DNA of 62,860 nucleotides from Promethearchaeota archaeon (GTDB lineage: Archaea; Asgardarchaeota; Lokiarchaeia; Sigyniarchaeales; SOKP01): NCBI GenBank assembly GCA_011364975.1, contig RDOE01000009.1, positions 1-62,860 on the forward strand, in the 5' to 3' direction. Shown in pieces: positions 49,499-58,064 of this stretch (position 1 is the first letter of the stretch; each line of letters begins with the position of its first letter). Below the pieces are notes generated by a model, which saw only the letters and a program-made list of their open reading frames with translations, did not search any database and was not told where the DNA came from. A program made the translations under genes and the position numbers.

Positions 49499-52000
49499 TT
49501 AAAATCTAGATTTTATTATATCAGAAATTAATTTTGGAAATTCATTCCAATCTTTGATTGTAAGTAATTGTCCTCCGGCGATTTTAATCATTTTTTCAGC
49601 TTCCTTCAAATTATAGGAGCTTTCTGGAGTAATAAGTATGAAATCAACACCTAATGAGCGCATAACTTTTAATTCTTGCATGGCTTCCCTAATATCAAAA
49701 ACTTCTGCATCTGTAAACAAAACATTTAATTTTTCACGAGAACTAGATTTTTCTTTAAATTGTTTATTAGCCCATTCAAGTGCACTTTGAATCTTAGTGC
49801 CGCCTCTTGCATTTACCGATAAGAGTTCATCAGCTAATTTTTCTAAATCAGCTTTTTCATCTAATTGTTTCAATACGTGAGTATTCGATTCAAAGAACGT
49901 TATCCCGAATTCATCTTTACGCATCCCATAGCATAACATAGTTATGCAAATACTCATATAAGCAAGTTTTTCTCCCGTCATTGAACCACTAATATCAAGT
50001 TCAAAACAACATGATCGCATTCCTTTAGCAGTTTCGAAAACATAGAAATCATCATAATTAATATGTTCTAAATCTTTTCCTTTTTCTAAAAGATTGAATA
50101 TAGTTTCCTCTAAATCTATATTATCAAAATCATCTCCAATAGTATAAGGTCTAACGATATTTATGGGTATAGGCCCAGTGGTGGCACTCCCTAAACGCGC
50201 TCTAGAATAATATATCCCTAATTCAATCAGCATTTTCTTTGCTAGCTCCTTCACTTTTGATTTAGATTGCTCTGGTAAGCTATTTCTATGCAGAAACCAC
50301 TGCTTTAAAAGGTTTTCACCACTACCCGCAGATAAACAGGAAATTAGCTTATCTTGGCCCTCATTTCCACCAACTTGCTGTGCACCTTTTAATGCTTCAC
50401 TTAAATTAAAGTGACCCAAAGCACCTAAAGCATCTCTATTATCATTTGCAAGTGCACTACTTAACAGCTCTTTAAATCTATCCTTTGTTATTTGATCTTT
50501 AATTTGATTTATTAAATTATCGATTCTTTGAAAATCTCCAGTATTCTTTTCAATCATCTTTTTTAATAATTGATAATTTGGCTCAATCAGCTCGTATATT
50601 TCTTCATCAGACATTTCAAGATTTTTTCCCTTCGATTTGATATCTTCCTCCATAGGATTCAAACCTATTTTTCGTAAAAATTCTATAACATTTCTAAGTT
50701 GATCTGGTGTCTCACATGCCTTTAAATTTTGAGAAATAATATCTGGGATTTTTTGAGCTATTTTTTGGCTACAATGCATATTCGAACAGCTATTCATTAA
50801 TTGTTGTAATTTATGAGATAGGGACTTAAAAGCCTCAAATTTCATCTTCTGGTTGTTCGCATCATCTATAGCATTTTTCAATGCTTGATTAAACAGAGAA
50901 TTCCAAGCTTTATTCGCATATGAATTTTTAGTCAAATCTTCTAAAGAAAGATTCATATGTTCCGAAGAAATCGCTTTATTTAATTCATTAAGATACGCAG
51001 ATCTTAATTCCGTCCCAAAATATTGATCTAATGAATTTGTTAAGTTAAAATTGTGTTCAAATGTTGATTGTTGCAATGAATTTTTTAATACTTTATTTAT
51101 ATCGAATTTAGGGGTTTCGCCTAAAGTTTTAGCAGCATTAAATAGCTGATCAAGGTTATTAATTTGATTATGAAGTTGTTCTTTTACTTTATTTATTTCT
51201 TCCTTAATATTATTTTGATTGACTGATTCGTTAAGGAATTTAATAGATTCTAACAAATCCTCCAATTTTCCTGATTTCATCAAATTATTTAAATCTTCTG
51301 CGATAGATTCGTTATTAAGAGCTTTGCTTGTGATTTTTTCCCATTCTCGAAGTGATTTTTCCTGAATTAGATCATTCATGTTTAAATTTGTCGCAGCAAT
51401 TAAGTCCTGGGGAGTAAGAGAATTTATTTTCTCCTCTAGTCGTTTTTGTGCTTCTTCTATTAGTTTTTTCAAAGAATTAATTTCTTCTTTATATAATTCT
51501 GAATCATCATTAAAAAAATTCAGTGCTGATTTATATGGTTCTAATTCACGATTTAAATTGATTTCTTCTAAAAAAGTCTCTAATTTTTGAATTGAATCTT
51601 CATTAATCAACTTAGACATTTCAATTTCCTCAATAATTTCTTGAAGTTGATCCAATTCTGATTTAATTTCTGAATCTAAAGTTTGATCTACTGAACTATT
51701 GATACCATTTAATTCATTTCCAAAAAAGGATTGCACCATATCCTTTTTATAATTTGGAAATAAAATCTCAAAGGCAATATCCTTAGCTAAATCTTGATTG
51801 TCAGGAAAGGAAGTGACCGTACTGATTTCAATATAATCATTAGGAGAAACATGCCCTTTTCTATAATATCTTGATAATATAAGTTTTGGTATAGCTAATA
51901 CTTGTCTAGAAGATGGAATTTGAACAATATCATGATGATTTCTCATTCTTCTTATAAAATCAATGGCGAATTCGCAAGGATTTTCTGGAAAAACTGCCAT
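49499..52000 (-). CDS. VWA domain protein (helical N-terminus, C-terminal MIDAS)
   Basis: IDLEETI, DISGSM, GGT and FTD. Confidence 0.88.
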   Translation of the reverse strand: MAVFPENPCEFAIDFIRRMRNHHDIVQIPSSRQVLAIPKLILSRYYRKGHVSPNDYIEISTVTSFPDNQDLAKDIAFEILFPNYKKDMVQSFFGNELNGINSSVDQTLDSEIKSELDQLQEIIEEIEMSKLINEDSIQKLETFLEEINLNRELEPYKSALNFFNDDSELYKEEINSLKKLIEEAQKRLEEKINSLTPQDLIAATNLNMNDLIQEKSLREWEKITSKALNNESIAEDLNNLMKSGKLEDLLESIKFLNESVNQNNIKEEINKVKEQLHNQINNLDQLFNAAKTLGETPKFDINKVLKNSLQQSTFEHNFNLTNSLDQYFGTELRSAYLNELNKAISSEHMNLSLEDLTKNSYANKAWNSLFNQALKNAIDDANNQKMKFEAFKSLSHKLQQLMNSCSNMHCSQKIAQKIPDIISQNLKACETPDQLRNVIEFLRKIGLNPMEEDIKSKGKNLEMSDEEIYELIEPNYQLLKKMIEKNTGDFQRIDNLINQIKDQITKDRFKELLSSALANDNRDALGALGHFNLSEALKGAQQVGGNEGQDKLISCLSAGSGENLLKQWFLHRNSLPEQSKSKVKELAKKMLIELGIYYSRARLGSATTGPIPINIVRPYTIGDDFDNIDLEETIFNLLEKGKDLEHINYDDFYVFETAKGMRSCCFELDISGSMTGEKLAYMSICITMLCYGMRKDEFGITFFESNTHVLKQLDEKADLEKLADELLSVNARGGTKIQSALEWANKQFKEKSSSREKLNVLFTDAEVFDIREAMQELKVMRSLGVDFILITPESSYNLKEAEKMIKIAGGQLLTIKDWNEFPKLISDIIKSRF

Positions 52001-52018
52001 GACTTTAGATTAAACCTC

Positions 52019-52960
52019 CTAGGTTCCTAATGTTTTATGAATTATATTCTCAATAACATTTTCTACTTTCATTCCAGGTTTAGGCTTAATACTTCCAAGT
52101 AAAACATTTTTAGTGATATCAGTAAGAATTTCATAAATTGACATTTTTTCTTTAACATTTTCTTTTTTCTCAAGAAATCTTGTACGTGCTACTAGTTTAG
52201 CAATTGCGATACCTGCCCTTATTGAAGCAGGAATTTCAATATCTATCTTATTTTTTCTAGTTTCATTGATTATTGTATAAATCAGCTCTAATTCAGATTC
52301 TTCAACCACAAAATGCTCAGGTAAGTTGATTCTTATAATATCTAGTTCTGTAGCTTTATCTGGATATGTCAATTTTATCCATACTTTAATTCTATCTTTA
52401 AGTGCTTCTGATAATCTATGAGTTCCAGATAATTCTTCAGGATTCATTGCCGAAATAAAAAAGAAATCCTTATCCGCTTTTATACGCCCCAAATGAGGAA
52501 TACTTATGGAAGCTTCCTCTAAAGGTTCTAATAAAGTGTTTTGGGAATATTCTGTAGCTCTATTTATTTCATTTGCCAAAAATGTGCCACCCTCAAGCAT
52601 AGCGCTTAAAAGAGGGCCAGGATTAAAAGCTTCTAAAACAAAGCCTTTCTTTAAGGTGATTGCAGGATCAAAACTACCAATAAAATGGGAAGGTTTAATG
52701 GACTCATCCATTGTTAACCAATGAAAGCTTTTATTTTTATTTTCTTGGGCTCGTAAACTAGCAAAATATCTGCATAAAATAGTTTTACCAACCCCGGGAG
52801 GACCAACTAAAGCAGGAAATAATCCTGTAGCTTCAGCATCCCTCAGTAATTCTAAAGCTTTTCCATACTGACCAGAAAGCACAATATCAATTTTTTCCTC
52901 AGAAATGTCTTTGATAAGATGTTGATTAAATAACTCCTCAAATTTTTGCTTATTTATCAT
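52019..52960 (-). CDS. MoxR-like AAA+ ATPase (AAA_5; CoxD/YehL-like)
   Basis: GPPGVGKT, PGPLLSAM, LANEINR, AMNP and LSEALKDR. Confidence 0.88.
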   Translation of the reverse strand: MINKQKFEELFNQHLIKDISEEKIDIVLSGQYGKALELLRDAEATGLFPALVGPPGVGKTILCRYFASLRAQENKNKSFHWLTMDESIKPSHFIGSFDPAITLKKGFVLEAFNPGPLLSAMLEGGTFLANEINRATEYSQNTLLEPLEEASISIPHLGRIKADKDFFFISAMNPEELSGTHRLSEALKDRIKVWIKLTYPDKATELDIIRINLPEHFVVEESELELIYTIINETRKNKIDIEIPASIRAGIAIAKLVARTRFLEKKENVKEKMSIYEILTDITKNVLLGSIKPKPGMKVENVIENIIHKTLGT

Positions 52961-53179
52961 ATTTAACGTTCAAAGAAATGATTTCAATTTAATAGTATTA
53001 TCTTGATTGAATAATAATTATTGACTCTTAATCTATTTTATTATATAATATAAAATTTTCATTCTATATTTAAAATAAGATTAATTATTTACCTACATAA
53101 TTTCTAACTTCAAGAAAAGGGTAAAATAGATATTTAAACAAAAAAGTATAAAAATAAATTATAAATTTTTAATCATAAT

Positions 53180-54220
53180 ATGAGAAAAAAAGGGCAAATT
53201 AACCTATTAAATTATATTTTACGTAGAGTTCTAGTCGCAGTTCCTGCCCTTCTGGGGCTTGTAACCATTATTTTCTTTCTTAGTAGGGCAATTCCTGGAG
53301 ATCCCGTATTATATAGGGTTCCTACAAAAGCACTTGGTACTTTATATGAAATAGAAAGAAAAAAATTAGGTTTAGACCAACCGATCTTCATTCAGTATTT
53401 AAAATTTATGTGGGTGATGTTTACAGGGGATTGGGGATTTTCGTTAGGTGTTCAACCAGATATTGACGTTTGGACTCTATTGTGGTTAAGATTGCCAAGA
53501 ACTTTAGAAGTAGTCACCATAAGTATGTTAATTGCGGCACTATTGGGAATAAAAGCTGGTAAAATCGCAGCAACAAACCGAAATAGTTTTAAAGATGTCA
53601 TTATAAGGTTTATTATTTATACTGCAATGGCAGTACCGGGGTTTGTAGTTGCAACCTTCATAATTACTTTTTTCGAAAGTACGAGGATTAAAATTTTCCC
53701 ATTTTATAGTTATAAATCTATAGGTATAGGAGACCCCCCCACTATAACATATATTCGAACCATTGATTGTATCCTATCGGGGAATTTTATTATGCTTTTT
53801 GATTACCTATACCATCTATTTATTCCAATCTGTACTATGGTTATAATTCAATTAGTTATAATTGCAAGACAGACAAGATCTAGTATGATTGGTATTCTAC
53901 AGATGGATTATATTAGGACTGCTATCGCTAAAGGAGTTAATCTTAAAACCATATATAAGAAACATGCACTTAAAAATGCAATTCCTCCTGTAATTACCAA
54001 AATTATGATAGGTTTTCCCACTCTTCTTGGTACAATGATTCCTGTAGAAGTTGCACTTGAATTAAAGGGTTTAGGGCAATATTTTGCGATGGCTATGTTT
54101 TATCTAGATTATAGTGTGATTATAGCTATGATTTTTGCATATGGTGTCATAGTGATTATTTTTAATCTAATTGCAGATATTTTATATGGTGTGGTTGATC
54201 CTAGAATTAGATATACATAA
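53180..54220 (+). CDS. dppB: Peptide/nickel ABC transporter permease (DppB/OppB)
   Basis: IPGDP, LGLDQP..QY, DYIRTAIAKG EAA loop, HALKNA and DPRIR. Confidence 0.92.
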   Translation: MRKKGQINLLNYILRRVLVAVPALLGLVTIIFFLSRAIPGDPVLYRVPTKALGTLYEIERKKLGLDQPIFIQYLKFMWVMFTGDWGFSLGVQPDIDVWTLLWLRLPRTLEVVTISMLIAALLGIKAGKIAATNRNSFKDVIIRFIIYTAMAVPGFVVATFIITFFESTRIKIFPFYSYKSIGIGDPPTITYIRTIDCILSGNFIMLFDYLYHLFIPICTMVIIQLVIIARQTRSSMIGILQMDYIRTAIAKGVNLKTIYKKHALKNAIPPVITKIMIGFPTLLGTMIPVEVALELKGLGQYFAMAMFYLDYSVIIAMIFAYGVIVIIFNLIADILYGVVDPRIRYT

Positions 54221-54381
54221 TTGCTTATTTTGGTTTTATCCAAATTTAGATTAGTTTTAATTTGCATTTTAAGATAGATTATATTTACTGTATAATAAAA
54301 AACCTCAAATAATCAAGATTAACAAATAAAAGTGAGTTTTATTATATTATTAATAAAGAAAAAACAATAATTTTGATTTAA

Positions 54382-55305
54382 TTGGTAAAAAAAACGTCTA
54401 CTCAAACTTCTCTTTCTGAATTTATTAATAGTAAACCTGAAAATGGGATTAAGTTATATTATCAGAAGCATTATTTAGAGAAAAATAAAGTAGAAAATGT
54501 ATATCCATTTGTGAAATGGGCAGGTGGAAAACGACAATTAATCCCAAAAATTAAACCTTATATCCCTAAGAAATTTAATAATTATTTAGAACCCTTTGTG
54601 GGAGGTGGTGCTATGCTATTCTATCTACTCCCAGATAGAGCAGTGATAATTGACAACAATATGGAACTGATAAATTGTTATGAAGTAATAAAAAAGAATG
54701 CAGAAGAATTAATTGAATCTTTGAAGAACTATAAATATAATAAGGATTATTATTATGAAATTAGAGCTTTAGATCAAAAATTAGACGTTTATAATAGTTT
54801 ATCTAACGTTGAAAAGGCAGCAAGAACAATTTTTTTGAACAAAACGGGATATAATGGGTTGTATCGAGTCAATAGTAAGGGTCGATTCAATGTTCCTTTT
54901 GGGAGGCATAAAAACCCTAAGATTTGCGATAAAAAAAATTTGAAAGCAGTACAAAAAGCTATTCAAAATGTAGAAATCTTGCATGGATCTTTTGAAATCT
55001 GCCTAAATTACGCTAAGGAAGACGATTTTGTATATTTTGACCCGCCTTATTATCCTCTTTCTGACACTGCGTTATTTACTAGCTATACCAAAGAAAATTT
55101 TGGAAAAGAGTCCCAAATCCAATTATATGAAGTGTTTAAAGAACTAGATGCCCGAGGATGTAAATTGTTGTTAAGTAATTCATATTGTAATTTTATATTA
55201 GATTTATATAACGAATTTAAAATTATAACAATTAGAGCAAAGAGAGCAATTAATAGTGATTCATCCAAAAGAGGATTCATTAATGAGGTTTTAATTATGA
55301 ATTAA
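54382..55305 (+). CDS. Dam-family (D12 class) N6-adenine DNA methyltransferase
   Basis: KWAGGKRQL, EPFVGGG, YNGLYRVN..G.FNVPFG, YFDPPY and LSNS. Confidence 0.92.
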   Translation: MVKKTSTQTSLSEFINSKPENGIKLYYQKHYLEKNKVENVYPFVKWAGGKRQLIPKIKPYIPKKFNNYLEPFVGGGAMLFYLLPDRAVIIDNNMELINCYEVIKKNAEELIESLKNYKYNKDYYYEIRALDQKLDVYNSLSNVEKAARTIFLNKTGYNGLYRVNSKGRFNVPFGRHKNPKICDKKNLKAVQKAIQNVEILHGSFEICLNYAKEDDFVYFDPPYYPLSDTALFTSYTKENFGKESQIQLYEVFKELDARGCKLLLSNSYCNFILDLYNEFKIITIRAKRAINSDSSKRGFINEVLIMN

Positions 55306-55388
55306 GTCCTAATTCCTCTAATAAATTTATTTAACCTTGAATTCATATTTTTATATTAGCTATAATTTTTAATATTAGTTGACTAAAA

Positions 55389-57767
55389 ATGCAGTTAGAA
55401 CTTAATCTTTATTCAGATTATAGGAAAAGGATAAATAAGACAAGAAATAAAGTAATAAGTCAACCACATGAATTATGTATTGAAAGAGCATTACTAATTA
55501 CAAAATCGTATGAAAAAACTAAAGGAGAAAGCCCAGTTATCCGATTTGCTAAAGCGATGGAATTTTTCTTAACTAATATGACCATAAAAATATGGGATGA
55601 CGAGATTATAGTAGGAAATAGATGTACTAAATATGTTGGTACCCCTTTATATCCTGAAGTTAGAGTAGACACTATTGAACAAGATTTAGATCTTTATAAT
55701 ACAAGAGAGGTTCAAAAATTCTTAATTTCTGAGGAGGATAAAAAAACTTTAAGGGACTATATTATTCCTTATTGGAAAAATGAAGATGAAACTGTAAAGG
55801 CGCGATTCTATTCAAAATTGTCTCCTGAATTAAAAAATTATATATTAAATTTATTATATGTAGTTGATACCGACATAACAAATGGTGTAGGTCATTTCAT
55901 TCCTGGTCATTTTAACATCTTGAATTACGGTATCAATGGTTTACTTGAAAAAGTTAAGAAGAGAAAACAACAACTTAATGGAATAGAAAACAGTAAAGAG
56001 TTTTTAGATTCAGTAATAATCTTACTAAATGGCGCTCAAACATTTATAAAAAGATTTTCTAATTTGAGTAAGCAATTAGCCGAAAATGAAAATGATTTAA
56101 AGCGAAAAATGGAATTATTTGATATATCAAAAACATGTTTGAAAGTCTCTTCTGAACCTCCTGAAACTTTCAAAGAAGCTCTTCAATTGATATATTTTAC
56201 TCATCTTATAGCTGGTTTAGAAGACGGAGGTTTTGCGATTAGTCTTGGACGTTTAGATCAAATTCTTTATCCTTACTATATTAAGGACATGAAAAAAGGA
56301 AAAATAAGTAATGAAGAGGTTCAGTTCCTAATTGAATGTCTTTACTTAAAGTTATCCACTTTATGGAATTATGTACTTCATAAAGGTATAATTGCTGCAG
56401 AAGGTCCTCCAATTGCAATCAATTTAACGATTGGAGGTATAGATAAAAATGGAAATAATGTTACAAATGATTTATCATATCTATTTTTAGATTCTTATGA
56501 ATTTCTAAAAACAATTCAACCTGCTTTTTCAGTGAGAATATGTTCAAATACTCCAGATGATTTAATCAGAAAAGTTGGTCAAGCTATTAAATCAGGAGCT
56601 AGTATCGGGCTATTTAATGATTTAGTTATGATCCCTGGACTAATTGATATGGGATATACATTAAATGATGCTAGAGAATATGCACCGATTGGATGTGTGG
56701 AACCCGCACATCATTGTAAAACCTTTGGTTGTACCAATGCAACTCAAATAAATATAGTAAAATGCTTGGAATTAACATTAAATAATGGAATAGACATGTT
56801 TACAAGGAATAAATATGGTCTTGAAAATTCCAAACAAATAAATTCATATGAAGATCTATGGGAGGATTTTACTAAACAATTAGAATTTTTTTTAGAGAAA
56901 ATGATTCTCACCATGCGAGATCTTGAAGAATCCATCGCAGAGATGAATCCACAACCATTCTTATCTGCTACAATTGATAATTGTATCGAACGTGGAATGG
57001 ATATAACTAAAGGAGGAGCTATTTATGATTTTACGACAACTCAGTTGATTGGTTTAGCAACAGTCGCAGATAGCTTAGCAGTAATAAAAAAATTGGTGTT
57101 TGAAGAAAAAATACTTACTTTAGAAGAATTGACAAATATTTTAAAGAAAAATTATCGTGGGACTTATAGAGGTAAAAGTGGAGAAGAATGGAGACAAATT
57201 TTTATAAATAGAGGGCCTAAATTTGGAAATGACGATGATTATGTTGATAATATTGCCTATGATGTAGCAAAACTTTTTTGTGAACGTTTACGCAAATTTA
57301 GAAACTATCGGGGAGGTAAATATAACCCGGGAATTTATTCAACATCGTTTCATTTAGCTTTTGGGGCATTTACAGCCGCATCTGCAGATGGAAGGAAATC
57401 AAGAGAAGCCCTTTCAAATGGTATAGGCCCTACAAATGGGATGGATAAAAATGGACCTACAGCGATTTTAAATTCAATAATGAAGTTGGAAAATGAATTG
57501 ATGACGAACGGTAATTCGACAATATTATCAATTCATCCTAGTTCTTTCAGGGAAGATTTATTCGTACCATTAATTAGATCTTTTTTCAAAATGAATGGTG
57601 GTTATCATGTTCAATTTAATGTTGTTGGTAAAGAAATGCTTTGTGAAGCTCAAAACCATCCAGAGAACTATATAGGTTTAGTAGTAAGGATTGCGGGGTA
57701 TTCTGTACTCTTCAATGAATTATCTAAATCGGCTCAAGATGATATAATCTCTAGAACACAATATTAA
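55389..57767 (+). CDS. Glycyl radical enzyme (PFL2/dehydratase-like), substrate unknown
   Basis: Single-Cys loop GCVEP and glycyl loop VRIAGYS; SLGRLDQ and HVQFNV. Confidence 0.9.
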   Translation: MQLELNLYSDYRKRINKTRNKVISQPHELCIERALLITKSYEKTKGESPVIRFAKAMEFFLTNMTIKIWDDEIIVGNRCTKYVGTPLYPEVRVDTIEQDLDLYNTREVQKFLISEEDKKTLRDYIIPYWKNEDETVKARFYSKLSPELKNYILNLLYVVDTDITNGVGHFIPGHFNILNYGINGLLEKVKKRKQQLNGIENSKEFLDSVIILLNGAQTFIKRFSNLSKQLAENENDLKRKMELFDISKTCLKVSSEPPETFKEALQLIYFTHLIAGLEDGGFAISLGRLDQILYPYYIKDMKKGKISNEEVQFLIECLYLKLSTLWNYVLHKGIIAAEGPPIAINLTIGGIDKNGNNVTNDLSYLFLDSYEFLKTIQPAFSVRICSNTPDDLIRKVGQAIKSGASIGLFNDLVMIPGLIDMGYTLNDAREYAPIGCVEPAHHCKTFGCTNATQINIVKCLELTLNNGIDMFTRNKYGLENSKQINSYEDLWEDFTKQLEFFLEKMILTMRDLEESIAEMNPQPFLSATIDNCIERGMDITKGGAIYDFTTTQLIGLATVADSLAVIKKLVFEEKILTLEELTNILKKNYRGTYRGKSGEEWRQIFINRGPKFGNDDDYVDNIAYDVAKLFCERLRKFRNYRGGKYNPGIYSTSFHLAFGAFTAASADGRKSREALSNGIGPTNGMDKNGPTAILNSIMKLENELMTNGNSTILSIHPSSFREDLFVPLIRSFFKMNGGYHVQFNVVGKEMLCEAQNHPENYIGLVVRIAGYSVLFNELSKSAQDDIISRTQY

Positions 57768-57857
57768 ATTGATTTTGATTAATCTTAATTTCTAAATGTT
57801 AAAATCAAAAAAATTTTTAGTTAGCCTATTTTTTAACTAGTATTATTATTATAGAAT

Positions 57858-57961
57858 GGGCCTGTAGATCAGTGGAAGATCGCTTGATATGATTTGAGTT
57901 TTAAACTTAAATCACAAGATTCGCATTCAAGAGGTCACGGGTTCAATTCCCGTCAGGTCCA
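57858..57961 (+). tRNA. tRNA-Ala(CGC) with a 32-nt intron; CCA not encoded
   Basis: Acceptor GGGCCTG/CAGGTCC with G3:U70, D stem GATC/GATC, T arm ACGGG-TTCAATT-CCCGT. Spliced anticodon arm CTTGA-TTCGCAT-TCAAG; 72 nt mature. Confidence 0.93.
57889..57920 (+). other. BHB tRNA intron at non-canonical position 32/33
   Basis: CTTG-AT^A-TGATTTGAGT..ACTTAAATCA-CAAG-AT^T. Confidence 0.88.
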
Positions 57962-58064
57962 CTAATTAATATTGGATTATTGAAAACAATCAAAACTAAT
58001 AAATCAAAGGATATATTCTTAAATTTATATCTTTTGGGTAATAAAATGTAAAAAGGAGAGAGTC

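Noticed and set aside
53180-54220. Orphan dppB as a sign of a disrupted operon or island
   Set aside because: The gene is intact with no flanking repeats or mobility genes; partners may be elsewhere.
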